Shown in pieces: positions 39,773-50,326 of a DNA stretch of 64,000 bases; within the stretch, counting starts at the first letter, position 1, and every line of letters begins with the position of its first letter. The stretch is from Planctomycetota bacterium (GTDB lineage: Bacteria > Planctomycetota > B15-G4 > JADJEK01). The stretch lies in NCBI GenBank assembly GCA_044225365.1, contig JBGAIQ010000002.1, positions 32,001-96,000 on the forward strand, in the 5' to 3' direction. The translations under genes were made by a program, and so were the position numbers. The notes under the pieces were generated by a model, which searched no databases, was not told the origin of the DNA, and saw only the letters and a list, made by a program, of their open reading frames with translations.

Positions 39773-41083
39773 ATGAAGATCGCGGTCGTTGGAACCGGTT
39801 ACGTCGGGCTCGTTGCAGGCACGTGCTTCGCGGAGTCCGGGAACACCGTCATCTGCGTCGATGTCGACCAGGCGAAGATCAAGGCGCTCAACAACGGGCA
39901 GATCCCGATCTACGAGCCGGGTCTCGAGGAACTGGTGAAGAAGAACGTCGAGGAGGAACGCCTCACGTTCACGACCGACATCGACGCCGCCGTCAAGTCG
40001 TCCCTCATCCTGTTCATCGCCGTCGGCACGCCGCCCGGCGAAGACGGCAGCGCGGACCTCAAGTACGTCCTCGCGGCCGCCCGTTCCATCGGCAAGGCGA
40101 TGAACGGGTACAAGATCATCGTCGACAAGAGCACGGTGCCGGTCGGCACGGCGCGCAAGGTCGCCCAGGCGATCGCGTCCGAGACCTCGCATCCGTTCAA
40201 CGTCGTCTCGAACCCCGAGTTCCTGAAGGAAGGCGCGGCGATCGACGACTTCATGAAGCCCGACCGCGTCGTCATCGGCACCGATGATCCGCGCGTGGCC
40301 GAGATCATGAAGGAGCTGTATTCGCCCTTCGTCCGCACCGGCAATCCGATCATCATCATGGACGTGACGTCCGCCGAGCTCACCAAGTACGCGGCGAACG
40401 CGATGCTCGCGACGCGCATCTCGTTCATGAACGAGATGGCGAACATCTGCGAGCGCACGGGCGCCGACGTCACGAAGGTGCGCGAAGGCATCGGCTACGA
40501 CGCGCGCATCGGCATGCCGTTCCTCTTTCCGGGCCCCGGCTACGGTGGATCGTGCTTCCCGAAGGACAGCCGCGCGATCATCTCGACGGCCCGTGACAAC
40601 GGCTACACGTTCAAGATCATGGAAGCCGTCGAGCAGGTCAACACCGATCAGAAGCGCGTCCTCTTCAAGAAGGCGCAGAAGTTCTTCAACAACGACCTCG
40701 CGGGCAAGACGTTCGCGGTCTGGGGTCTCGCGTTCAAGGCGAAGACCGACGACGTTCGCGAGTCGTCCGCGCTCGTGCTCATCAAGGAGCTGCTCGCGGC
40801 CGGCGCGAAGGTGAACGCCTCCGATCCCGAAGCGATCAATACGACGCGCAAGGAGATCGGCGACAAGGTCCAGTACTTCCCGCACAACTACGAAGCCCTC
40901 AAGGGCGCCGACGGGTTGTTCGTGGTCACGGAGTGGAGCGAGTTCCGCAATCCCGACTTCGAACGCATGAAGAGCCTGATGCGCACGCCGGTCATCTTCG
41001 ACGGCCGCAACCTCTACAACCCGCACACGCTCGCCGAGGTCGGCTTCAAGTACTTCCGCATCGGTGCTCCCGGCGTCGAATGA
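39773..41083 (+). CDS. ugd: UDP-glucose 6-dehydrogenase
   Basis: [42 protein letters not shown]. Confidence 0.96.
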   Translation: MKIAVVGTGYVGLVAGTCFAESGNTVICVDVDQAKIKALNNGQIPIYEPGLEELVKKNVEEERLTFTTDIDAAVKSSLILFIAVGTPPGEDGSADLKYVLAAARSIGKAMNGYKIIVDKSTVPVGTARKVAQAIASETSHPFNVVSNPEFLKEGAAIDDFMKPDRVVIGTDDPRVAEIMKELYSPFVRTGNPIIIMDVTSAELTKYAANAMLATRISFMNEMANICERTGADVTKVREGIGYDARIGMPFLFPGPGYGGSCFPKDSRAIISTARDNGYTFKIMEAVEQVNTDQKRVLFKKAQKFFNNDLAGKTFAVWGLAFKAKTDDVRESSALVLIKELLAAGAKVNASDPEAINTTRKEIGDKVQYFPHNYEALKGADGLFVVTEWSEFRNPDFERMKSLMRTPVIFDGRNLYNPHTLAEVGFKYFRIGAPGVE

Positions 41084-41120
41084 CGCACGGGGTCGCCTGA
41101 TCGCAGCGAGGATTCACGCA

Positions 41121-41153
41121 AGAGGGCGCCGGCGATGCTCGCCGCCCTCTTTC
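41121..41153. terminator. Hairpin between convergent ugd and the RGG-rich gene
   Basis: agagggcg ... cgccctct followed by ttc. Confidence 0.5.
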
Positions 41154-41278
41154 AAGCAGCCCGAGTCGGCTCGAAGGCTGGAATGGATCGATCACGAAGG
41201 GATCAACCGCGGTCGTTGCCGCCACCGCCGCCGCCGTAGCCGCCGCGATCGCCACCCCGGTCGTTGTAGCCGCCACGA

Positions 41279-41773
41279 TCACCGGCCGCCACCTCCACCG
41301 CCCCCGTAGCCACCGCGGCCACCGCCGCCGGGACCGCGACGGAATCCGCCACCGCCGCCACCGCCCGGGCCGCGACGGAATCCACCGCCGCCGCCACCGC
41401 CGCCGGGCCCGCGACGGAATCCACCGCCACCGCCACCGCCGGGCCCGCGACGGAATCCACCGCCGCCGCCGCCACCCGGCCCGCGACGGAATCCGCCGCG
41501 ATCGCCTTCGCCGCCTTCACGATCGCGTGCAGAGCCACGCAACTCGTTGCCGGGTGAAGGGGAGGTGAGTTTCCAATTGGCGCGCTTCGCGATGCGGCGC
41601 GCCGAGCGCGCCATGTAGCGAGTGATCTCGAGAAGCTTGTCGATCAGGACCTCTTCGGCGCTCACGAGACGCATGACGTCTTCGCAGGAAGACTTGATGT
41701 TGTCCGCAATCTTCGCAACTTTGTCGCGACCGATTACTTCGAGGGCAGCCGGGGTTTCCGCGGGATCCGTCAT
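41279..41773 (-). CDS. Small protein with helical N-terminus and Gly/Arg/Phe-rich (RGG-like) tail; probable frameshift near the 3' end (would extend to 41203)
   Basis: MTDPAETPAALE...; five GGFRRGPGGGG repeats; the alternate frame continues GDRGGYNDRGGDRGGYGG. Confidence 0.7.
   Translation of the reverse strand: MTDPAETPAALEVIGRDKVAKIADNIKSSCEDVMRLVSAEEVLIDKLLEITRYMARSARRIAKRANWKLTSPSPGNELRGSARDREGGEGDRGGFRRGPGGGGGGGFRRGPGGGGGGGFRRGPGGGGGGGGFRRGPGGGGGGGFRRGPGGGGRGGYGGGGGGGR
41318..41497. repeat. Intragenic tandem repeat, five copies of a 36-39 bp unit
   Basis: Core cgcgacggaat at about 41335, 41371, 41410, 41446 and 41482. Confidence 0.9.
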
Positions 41774-41965
41774 CTCAGCTCTTTCTGGCAGCAACACTCG
41801 AATCGAGCAAAGCTCGACCGCGAGTCGTCCAAGTAGGGGTGGACCTTACATGCTCTAATACGGAGAGACTTTCGTCCTCCACCGATTCGAAGTCCATCAT
41901 AGCAGACGAACGATCGCGGAGCCGAACACCGACGAGAATTTCACCAAGGGCCGGGAAACAGGAGA

Positions 41966-41999
41966 CCGGGGAGACTCGTGAGGTAGCGAGTCTCCCCGG
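41966..41999 (-). terminator. Perfect 13-bp hairpin followed by a pyrimidine-rich tail on the minus strand
   Basis: ccggggagactcg-tgaggtag-cgagtctccccgg; minus strand continues tctcctgtttccc. Confidence 0.6.
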
Positions 42000-42176
42000 C
42001 TCGGCGTTCGGGGGGGCAAGGCGTCACGGTGTGAGAGAATCCAACCCTATGAGTCCGTGATCACCTCACTTTGAGTCGAACGACTCCGCCGGCATCGGCC
42101 CGTGCGCGAAGCGCCCGGTCATCGTCGGCCATCGTCGTCCGGTTCTTCGCTGGACCCCGTGCCGACCGCAGAGCGG

Positions 42177-43043
42177 TCAGCGCCGATCGTCCCCGTCGTC
42201 TTCCGAATCGGCGTCCGGGTCGGGTGTCTGCTTCCCGTTCGCCGCATCGAGTTTGTTCTGGGCGCGCATCTTGCCGAGTGCGATGTCGACCTCGGGAGAC
42301 CACCAGGGCTGATCCTTGTTGTCCGACCCGAAGCGAGCGTCGACGTCGTCGAGGATCTTCTTCGCGCCGGCGTCGTCCCCATCCGCGATGAGCGAGAGAG
42401 CGGCCAGGTCGGCGGCCCGGATCGCGAGGACCGGTTGCGACGGGAAGCGCTGCGCGAGCGAGAGCCAGGTCTTGCGCGCTTCCTCGGAATGACCCTGCGC
42501 CGCCTCGACCTTGCCGGCCCAGGTGATGGCTCGCGCGCCGGACGCGTCCTGTCCAGGGAACTCGTCGGGCACGCGTCGGTAGATCGCGAGCGCCGCATCG
42601 AGTTGGTCGCTGCGCCGCTCGATGTGGGCTACCTCCTCGAGCGCGCGCGCGCCGAATTGCGGTGCTGCCTTGCCGACCTTCGCGACGGCTTCGAAATCGA
42701 CCTTCGCTGCGGCGAGATCCCCGAGAGCGCGTGTGATCTCACCCGCGCGGAACGACGCCTCGGCGCAGATCATCGGCTGGTCCGCGGTCTCGCTCGCGAC
42801 CTTCCGATACGCCTCGGCGGCCTGGGCGAGCGCCTTGCGTCGCTCTTCCCCCGCCTTCTTGCCGGCGGCTCGCCGCATCTGCTTCGCCGTCTCGAGCTTC
42901 TCACGAGCGCTGCTCGCGCCCTTCGAGCTACTCGCCTTGGCCGCAGGGGCGGTTTTCGTACTGCCGCTCGTCTGCGCGAGGATCGCACCGTGCGCGCCGA
43001 GGGCGAACGTCGTGACGAGCAAGCCTGTCCTGAAGAAGTTCAT
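42177..43043 (-). CDS. Secreted tetratricopeptide-repeat-like protein
   Basis: Signal peptide; helical repeats such as AEASFRAGEI..LGD..AAK..FEAV and ALAIYRRV..EFP. Confidence 0.7.
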   Translation of the reverse strand: MNFFRTGLLVTTFALGAHGAILAQTSGSTKTAPAAKASSSKGASSAREKLETAKQMRRAAGKKAGEERRKALAQAAEAYRKVASETADQPMICAEASFRAGEITRALGDLAAAKVDFEAVAKVGKAAPQFGARALEEVAHIERRSDQLDAALAIYRRVPDEFPGQDASGARAITWAGKVEAAQGHSEEARKTWLSLAQRFPSQPVLAIRAADLAALSLIADGDDAGAKKILDDVDARFGSDNKDQPWWSPEVDIALGKMRAQNKLDAANGKQTPDPDADSEDDGDDRR

Positions 43044-43286
43044 GATTCGCGGTCTCCCGTAGTTGCCTCGCGTCGAAAGGGCGAGGCGATCTCATCGATC
43101 GAGTCCTGCCGCGAGCGCGGCAACCGGGGCTACATCGCAGTGGAAGAACGAGCGTCAGCTCGAGAATCCGATTTCGTGTGAGTGAGCTCGTACGTGCGAA
43201 TCCACGGCGCGGCGTAAATCACGGGCTGCCCGAATCGAGGAGCGATTCGATCGGAGAGTGCATTTCGAGGCGAGGAGTCCTTCCCC

Positions 43287-44933
43287 TCAGGCAGAAGAGG
43301 CGTGCGCGGTGCCGTGCGCGCTCACCTTCGACATCGTCGCGCGGTGGGAGGTTCGATGCATGGCGTCTTCCGAAGGGCCGTCGCACGGAAGATCGATCCG
43401 GAACGTCGATCCACATCCGACCACGCTCTCCACCTCGATGCGTCCGCCGTGGCGTTCGACGATCTCCTTCGCGATCGGAAGGCCGAGCCCGGTCCCGTTC
43501 GGTTTGCCGCGCAAGGAGTCCTGCGCCTGGTGGAAGCGCTCGAAGATCCGGTCCCGCTCGGTCGCCGCGATACCGACACCATGATCCGCGATCGCGAGAC
43601 GGACGTCTTTGTCGTGGGCATCGAATCGAATCTCGATCGTGCTCCCGTCGGGCGAGAACTTGATCGCGTTCGAGAGGAGGCTGTCGAGCGCGCGGAGGAT
43701 CTTCTCGCGGTCGCAGCGAACGGACGGGATCTCACCGTGCGATTCGAATACGACCTGCATGCGATGGACCACGAGCAGAGGAGCGAAACGTGCCACTGCT
43801 TCGCGTGCGGCCGCGGGAAGGTCGACTCGATCGAGGACCCAGTTCCCTTCGCCGGAGAGGAACCGCACGTAGTCGAGGATGTTCGTGATGAGCGTGGAGA
43901 GTCGATCGCTCTCGCTCAAGATGATCGAGACGAATTCGTTTCGAACGTCGGTGGGCTCGTTCGGATGATGGAGCAGGATCTCCGCGAAGGCGCGCACCGA
44001 GGCGAGCGGCGTTCGCAGCTCGTGCGAGACGCAAGTCAGGATGTTCTCCCGAGTCTTCTCGGCTTCGTGCGCGGCGGCGAGCGCGCGTTCGAGTTTCTGC
44101 GTTCGCTCGGAGATTCGATCCTCGAGGTCGGCGTTCATCGCGCGCAGTGCGCGGTCCTTGAGCGCGAGCGCGTCCGACATCGCTCTCAACGCTCCCGAGA
44201 GTTCGGCGAGTTCCCCCTCCTTCGGCAGCTCCACGTTGCCGACGTCGAACTCGCCACGTCCGATTGCATGCGTCGCCGCGACCAGCGTGCCGAGTGGCGC
44301 GAAGAAGACGCGAACGAGGACGATCGACACCAGTGCCGCGAGCAGCGCCGCGACGAGGACGACGAGCGCCAGGTTGCGCCGCATCGTTCGAATCTCGGCG
44401 AGCAAGCCATCCTTCGACAGACCGATGCGCAGCGATCCGACCATGGCGGCGCGCCGGTCCGGTTCCGCGAGCGATGCCGAACGCGACCCCCGCGGATCGA
44501 TCCTTCGCGTGCGAACGATCGCGTCGAACTCGCTGTAGGTGTGGGAGTCGAGACGAGCCTCGTGGGAGGCGGCATGGATCGTGCGCAATTCCGTTGCGGA
44601 GGGCGGTGGCGATCGGAGCGTCGAATACGACGCTAGCGGCGCGCCGGTCGCATCGAACGCCGTCGCGTATCGGACGAGCCCCGCCGCGCAGGTCTCTCCG
44701 AACATTGCCTCGATCCGCTCCAGGTCGCGATCCTCGACGCTGTCGCCGAGCGAATGCGCGAGATCGGAGGCGATCTGCATGCCGAGGCCATCGTGCTGGG
44801 CCTCGATGCGGCTGCGACTGTATTGGAAGATCACGAGTCCGAGGATCGCCGCCGTCGTCGTTGCGACGAGGGCGCAAGCCAGCATCAGCTTGAAGCGCAG
44901 GGTCTTGGTGATGCTTCGAGGCAACGCGCCCAT
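43287..44933 (-). CDS. Sensor histidine kinase (2 TM, HAMP, HisKA, HATPase)
   Basis: VSHELRTPL, LLSNAIKFS, DHGVGI, IFERF, GTGLGL. Confidence 0.93.
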   Translation of the reverse strand: MGALPRSITKTLRFKLMLACALVATTTAAILGLVIFQYSRSRIEAQHDGLGMQIASDLAHSLGDSVEDRDLERIEAMFGETCAAGLVRYATAFDATGAPLASYSTLRSPPPSATELRTIHAASHEARLDSHTYSEFDAIVRTRRIDPRGSRSASLAEPDRRAAMVGSLRIGLSKDGLLAEIRTMRRNLALVVLVAALLAALVSIVLVRVFFAPLGTLVAATHAIGRGEFDVGNVELPKEGELAELSGALRAMSDALALKDRALRAMNADLEDRISERTQKLERALAAAHEAEKTRENILTCVSHELRTPLASVRAFAEILLHHPNEPTDVRNEFVSIILSESDRLSTLITNILDYVRFLSGEGNWVLDRVDLPAAAREAVARFAPLLVVHRMQVVFESHGEIPSVRCDREKILRALDSLLSNAIKFSPDGSTIEIRFDAHDKDVRLAIADHGVGIAATERDRIFERFHQAQDSLRGKPNGTGLGLPIAKEIVERHGGRIEVESVVGCGSTFRIDLPCDGPSEDAMHRTSHRATMSKVSAHGTAHASSA

Positions 44934-45276
44934 GGCTGCTTTGGAATCGGGGGTCGGGAGGGTCTCTTTCGCTTCGGAATCGCGTAAGACCCGGACGGAT
45001 CCTTCGGATGCGGCGACGGCCGGGCTGCGCGGTGCCAACTCTTCTTCGGATCCGACCCGCATCGGACTTGAGTCAAACGTGAACGAAAGCGGTCCGCTGC
45101 ATCATCAAGCCGCACCCATGCAATGGTCGATGAAGCTCGGAATCGTGCGGATGGATGCTATCCCTTGAGAACGTCGCATCGCGGCAGAAGAATGGCTATC
45201 GCGGGCGCCCAGCCCGACCCTCAATTCACTTCGAACGACCGATTCGCGGCGGAAGGCCGCGTGGAGTACTGATCCG

Positions 45277-46632
45277 ATGGATTCGAAAGTCGTGTGCTTC
45301 CTCGCCCTCGCCGCGGTTTTGGAGACGGCCCAGGCCGCCGAGTTCAGTTCGAACCATTTGTTCGTCGTGAACGCGCAAGCGAGCTCGGAAGCGGTGGCAG
45401 AACTCGACTACACCATCGTCGAGACGTCGGGTGCGGTGAACGCGAGTTCGACGGTCCGCTCGATCGGCAGCAGCACGGACCTCCTCGCGCCCCAGGGTTG
45501 CGCCTTCTCCCCCGATGGAAAGCTGTACGTCGTCACTGCGGATCCCGGGACTCCGTCGCAGAGCCGCGTCCTCGTCTACGGTCAGGACGGCGCGCTCGTC
45601 GGCTCGCCGATCACGTCGGTCGGTATGAACTCGGCGCGCGGGATCGCCTTCGGCCCGGACGGACACTTCTACGTCGCGGCGAGCGCGACGAGCGTCGTGA
45701 TGGAGTTCAACGAGAACGGCACGTTCGTGAAGAACATCGGGATCGGCGCGGGCATGGTGGAGCCCACCGGCATCGCCGTCGGCCCGAACGGCAATCTCTT
45801 CATCACCGACGCCAGCGCAAACAAGATCTACGAGTTCACGACGCTGCAATCCGTGAGCCCGGTGCGGACGATCAGCAATGCGGCACTCAACAGTCCGTGG
45901 GGCTGCTGCTTCGGCCCGCGCGGGCACCTCTTCGTCGTCAACAACGGCGCGAACGACGTGCTCGAGTTCGACGAGAACGGCAACCTGGTGTTGACGATCG
46001 GTGCGATCTCGACGCTCAATCAGCCGCAGTACATCGCGCTCGGATTCGACTCGAATCTCTACGTGACGTCGAACGGATCGAGCCGGATCGTCGTGTTCGA
46101 CGGCGACGAGACGCCATCCGGGCAGCCGAACCAGCAGATCGAAGTGATCGGCGGAACGGCGAGCGTCACGCTCGCGGGTCCGACGGGCATCGCCTTCTCG
46201 CCGCAGCGATTTGGTGTAAACATCACCGGCAAGCTCTACGAAGCGTCGAAGCTGAAGGCGACGCTCAACCAGACCTACAAGAACAACTCCGGCCCCGTGA
46301 TCAGTTGGGCGCCGGGCACTCGCTTCGCGATGATGACGCTCGTCGACACGGCTTCGACGAGCGACCTCGTCTCCGCGTTCGGAAGCGATCACTACGTGTT
46401 CAATGGCTTCCAGACGACGCAGGACGTGCAGAACGACGCCCGCGCCTTCGCGGGCGTGATGATCCCGGCACCGAACTTCGAGAGCGGCTCGGCGACACTC
46501 GTACTCGACATCGCGGGGAAGGTGAACGCCGAGGATCAGTTCCTCACGAAGAGCTTCAGCGGAAAGATCATCATCCAGGCGCGCAATGCGATCTATCAGG
46601 GCAAGGTCACGTTCGTGAAAGAAGTGAAATAG
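45277..46632 (+). CDS. Secreted NHL-repeat beta-propeller protein with an extra C-terminal domain
   Basis: Signal peptide; repeated P.GIA.GP.G.LFV motifs. Confidence 0.85.
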   Translation: MDSKVVCFLALAAVLETAQAAEFSSNHLFVVNAQASSEAVAELDYTIVETSGAVNASSTVRSIGSSTDLLAPQGCAFSPDGKLYVVTADPGTPSQSRVLVYGQDGALVGSPITSVGMNSARGIAFGPDGHFYVAASATSVVMEFNENGTFVKNIGIGAGMVEPTGIAVGPNGNLFITDASANKIYEFTTLQSVSPVRTISNAALNSPWGCCFGPRGHLFVVNNGANDVLEFDENGNLVLTIGAISTLNQPQYIALGFDSNLYVTSNGSSRIVVFDGDETPSGQPNQQIEVIGGTASVTLAGPTGIAFSPQRFGVNITGKLYEASKLKATLNQTYKNNSGPVISWAPGTRFAMMTLVDTASTSDLVSAFGSDHYVFNGFQTTQDVQNDARAFAGVMIPAPNFESGSATLVLDIAGKVNAEDQFLTKSFSGKIIIQARNAIYQGKVTFVKEVK

Positions 46633-46674
46633 CGGCGGAGGGCGCGCCGCAGATCCCGCGACTACGATGGGAGC

Positions 46675-48141
46675 ATGCGGCTCACACTACGCCTCCTCGC
46701 GATCCTCATCGCGTTGATCATGATCCTGCTCTCGATCGAAGGAATCGCGTTCGAGCGCAGGGAGACGGAAGACCTCAAGCGAGACGTCGGGCAGTCCCAG
46801 GCGCGAATCGAGTTCGCCCTGAAGCGCTCGATCCAGGCGATCGCGGCGGCGTCGAAGAGCGGGGAGGAGATCCCTGCGATCGAGGCCTTCTGCGAGGACT
46901 TCCAGAATGCAGACAAGTCCCTCGTACTGCGCCTCGTGCACCCCGCGCGCCCCGTGCGCCCCGACGCGAGCCCGGAAAGCGCGGTCGTGCCCCGCGGGGA
47001 TGCTTCGCCTTCGCAAGAATCGGGCGCCAAGGCGCCGTCTCGGACCGTGTCGCTCGATCTGCGGTGCGATCCGGAGTTGAGGCTCGAGATCAGCGACGAG
47101 TCGACTCGCCTCAAGAAGATCGAGTCGAAGGTGATCTCTCGACTCGCGATCTTCATGGCGGCGCTCATCGTGGGCGGAGGGATCGCCGCGAGCATCCTCG
47201 GCGTGATGTTCGTCGGACGTCCGTTGAAGCGACTCGTCGCGAAGACGCAGGCGATCGCTGCCGGCGACTTCAAGACTCCCGTCGGACTGCACGGCGGTGA
47301 TGAACTCGGCGAACTGGGAGTCGCGCTCGACCGCATGGGGGAGAGCCTCGCGACCGCTCACGAGCGAATCATCCGCGAGACGGGCGAACGAATCGCGGCG
47401 CTCGAACAGCTACGACACGCGGACCGGTTGAAGACGGTGGGGCAGTTCGCGTCGGGCATCGCTCACGAGCTCGGAACGCCGCTCAACGTCATCCTCGGTC
47501 GAGCGAGCCTGATCGGAGGCGGCGCTCTCGGGGAATCCGACCTGAAGCGTTCGGCGCAGGTCATCGGCGAGCAGGCGTCGCGCATGACCTCGCTCATTCG
47601 ACAGTTCCTCGAGTTCGCGCGTCGTGGGTCACCGCGGCGGGAACGCTCCGACCTCGCGGAGATCGTCGTGAAGACTCGGGACCTGATGAACTCGCTCGGC
47701 GACAAGGGGCGCATCGACGCCGTGGTCGCGAAGGGCGATTGTCGCGTGGAGGTCGATCCCGCGCAGATCCAACAGGTGATCACGAATCTCGTGGTCAACG
47801 CGCTGCAGGCGGTCGGCAAGCAAGGAACCGTGCGTGTCTCGTGCGAACGCGTGCGCGGCGCGCAGGACTCGCAAGGATCCGCCGTGAGCGACGCCGACTT
47901 CGTTCGCCTTCGAGTCGAGGACGACGGAGTGGGAATTCCGGAGGATGTGTTGCCCAGGATCTTCGATCCGTTCTTCACCACCAAGGACGTTGGGCAGGGA
48001 ACGGGACTCGGGCTGTCGATCGTGCATGGCATCGTGCGCGATCATGGCGGGCATATCGCCGTGCACAGCGTGGAAGGAACGGGAACCCGCTTCGACGTCT
48101 TCCTTCCCGTCGCGGGCGCGCAGACGGAGACCCAGCGATGA
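46675..48141 (+). CDS. Sensor histidine kinase (NtrB-like)
   Basis: HAMP; IAHELGTPLN; NLVVNA; DDGVGI; IFDPFFTTK; GTGLGL. Confidence 0.93.
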   Translation: MRLTLRLLAILIALIMILLSIEGIAFERRETEDLKRDVGQSQARIEFALKRSIQAIAAASKSGEEIPAIEAFCEDFQNADKSLVLRLVHPARPVRPDASPESAVVPRGDASPSQESGAKAPSRTVSLDLRCDPELRLEISDESTRLKKIESKVISRLAIFMAALIVGGGIAASILGVMFVGRPLKRLVAKTQAIAAGDFKTPVGLHGGDELGELGVALDRMGESLATAHERIIRETGERIAALEQLRHADRLKTVGQFASGIAHELGTPLNVILGRASLIGGGALGESDLKRSAQVIGEQASRMTSLIRQFLEFARRGSPRRERSDLAEIVVKTRDLMNSLGDKGRIDAVVAKGDCRVEVDPAQIQQVITNLVVNALQAVGKQGTVRVSCERVRGAQDSQGSAVSDADFVRLRVEDDGVGIPEDVLPRIFDPFFTTKDVGQGTGLGLSIVHGIVRDHGGHIAVHSVEGTGTRFDVFLPVAGAQTETQR

Positions 48142-49508
48142 ACCACGGGCGGCTCGTCGTCGTCGAGGACGACAAGGACATGCGGGAGACCCTCACGATC
48201 GACCTCACCCGGCGTGGGTTCGTCGTCGATGCGTTCGGAGAGGCTGCGCTTGCCTTCGAACACGTTCGAACGGTTCCCTGCGATGCAGTCCTGACCGATC
48301 TGCGGATGCCGGGGATGGACGGCCTCGCACTCTGCGAGCGCGTCGTCGCGAACTGCCCGGAACTGCCGGTCGTGGTCATCACTTCGTTCGGAAATCTCGA
48401 GACGGCGATCGGTGCGATTCGCGCCGGTGCCTTCGACTTCGTGTCGAAGCCCGTCGACTTCGAACTCCTCGCGATCGCGATCGATCGGGCGGTCCGTCAT
48501 GGCCAACTGAGCCGCGAGGTGCGCAACCTGACCGCCGGCGACAAGGATCTCGTCCGGTTCGACGAACTCTTGGGCGGTAGTCCGCCGATGAAGCGCCTGT
48601 ATCGCGATCTCGAGTCCTGCGCCGCGAACGACGCTTCGGTGCTCGTCGTCGGCGAGAGCGGAACGGGAAAGGAGGTCGTGGCCCGCGTGCTCCACGGCAG
48701 ATCCGTTCGTCGGAAGGGACCTTTCTGCGCCATCAATTGTGGCGCGGTGCCCGACAACCTGCTCGAGAGCGAATTGTTCGGCCACGTGCGGGGGGCGTTC
48801 ACCGATGCGCGATCGGATCGGCGCGGAGTCCTGTTCCAGGCCGACGGGGGCACGCTCTTCCTCGACGAGATCGGCGAGTGCTCACCGGCATTCCAGGTGA
48901 AGCTCCTGCGGGCGCTCGAGGAGCGACGAGCACGGCCGGTCGGCAGCGACCGCGAATTGCCGTTCGACGTTCGATTGATCGCGGCCACGAATCGCGACCT
49001 CGAGTCCGCGATCGAGGAAGGGCGCTTTCGTGAGGACCTCTACTTCCGCATCAACGTGATCCAACTGCGTCTGCCGCCGTTGCGCGAGCGCGGCTCGGAC
49101 GTGCTCCTCATCGCGCAGCATTTCGTCGAGACGTTCGCCACGCGATCTGGCAAGGACGTTCGCGGTCTCTCCGACGCGGCGGCCGCGCGGCTGCTCGACT
49201 ACGGATGGCCCGGCAACGTGCGCGAACTTCGCAACGCGATCGAGCGCGCAGTAGCACTCACGCGCGAGGCTCGCATCGTCATCGAGGATCTGCCCGAGAA
49301 GATCCGGGCGTACGAGAGCGACCGCATCGTGCTCGGGAGCCACGACCCGACGGAGCTCGTACCCATGGCGGAGATCGAGCGGCGTTACATCACGAACGTG
49401 CTGAAGAGCGTCGCGGGCAACAAGACGGCCGCCGCGCGAGTCCTCGGCTTCGATCGCAAGACGCTCTACCGGAAGATCGAGGCCTATCGAATCGATCCGG
49501 GCGAGTAG
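48138..49508 (+). CDS. Sigma-54-dependent response regulator (NtrC family)
   Basis: Receiver VVEDD and TDLRMP; GESGTGKE; GAFTDA; FLDEIG; WPGNVREL; Fis-type HTH. Confidence 0.95.
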   Translation: MNHGRLVVVEDDKDMRETLTIDLTRRGFVVDAFGEAALAFEHVRTVPCDAVLTDLRMPGMDGLALCERVVANCPELPVVVITSFGNLETAIGAIRAGAFDFVSKPVDFELLAIAIDRAVRHGQLSREVRNLTAGDKDLVRFDELLGGSPPMKRLYRDLESCAANDASVLVVGESGTGKEVVARVLHGRSVRRKGPFCAINCGAVPDNLLESELFGHVRGAFTDARSDRRGVLFQADGGTLFLDEIGECSPAFQVKLLRALEERRARPVGSDRELPFDVRLIAATNRDLESAIEEGRFREDLYFRINVIQLRLPPLRERGSDVLLIAQHFVETFATRSGKDVRGLSDAAAARLLDYGWPGNVRELRNAIERAVALTREARIVIEDLPEKIRAYESDRIVLGSHDPTELVPMAEIERRYITNVLKSVAGNKTAAARVLGFDRKTLYRKIEAYRIDPGE

Positions 49509-50326
49509 CACTCGATCCGTCGTCGCGAGGACGACGCGAAAAAAGAGCCGAGGCGACCAGAGGAGGAGTCTCTGATCGCCTCGGTGCGTTCCAGATCAGC
49601 GCGCGCGTCGGGTCGGGTAGGAGTGCGTGGATCGCGCGAAGATCGCTCGGTCAGCCCAACTTGGATTCGGACGACAGTTTCACGGCGTGTGCTTGAGGGA
49701 GGAGACTTAGGAAGTCTTCACGCCGTGTTTGGCTGCCGGCACCGGCTCGTGGAGAATGACGGCTCGTAGTCGCGATGAGGAAACCGCGACCCGGATTGCC
49801 GGATTCGAGAACGGTTGGGAACGCGCAGCAAAACTCGAAGCTCGAGGTGATCGGGACGCCGGAATCGTGCTCGATTCCAGACGGGCCATTCACGAATGCG
49901 GGGACGTTTCGATGCGACGTTCTCATGTACGGGCTCGCGTCCGAGGAGTTCATCGCGCTCATTCGAGGCAGCACGACTCGCTCGAGGAACGCGGAGCATC
50001 TCTGCAATCACCGGGCCACGCGAACCGATCGGCGACCGTTCGCGACGACGATGAGCCAAGATGGTCCCAATCGCCCAATAGGACGAACCCAGAGGTACCC
50101 TGAAGCTTCGAGGACCGAGGATGGCCGCGTTCCAAGTCGCCGAGCCGGGGTGTAGCCAAATGCCACGGCGAGGCAGGATGCGGCAGCGGCGGGGCGGCCT
50201 TGGTCGCGTTTTCGGGGGAGCTTTCCGCGATTCTTCGGCACGCGTTGTGTGAAGGACAGCGTCGCGCGATCGGCACGACGACGCGCGAAGGACGAACCCA
50301 TGTACCGTCGAACGAAGTACGCACCG

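Noticed and set aside
41318-41497. 36-39 bp periodic repeat as a CRISPR array
   Set aside because: The units are in-frame coding repeats with near-identical Gly-codon spacers, and there are no cas genes
50235-50251. Sigma-54 promoter-like TCGGCACGCGTTGTGT upstream of the lone receiver gene
   Set aside because: The -24 GGCACG fits but the -12 position is GT rather than GC; too weak to call
49509-50290. Small ORFs in the ~800 bp gap after the NtrC-type regulator
   Set aside because: No recognisable motif, RBS or typical codon usage; left unannotated
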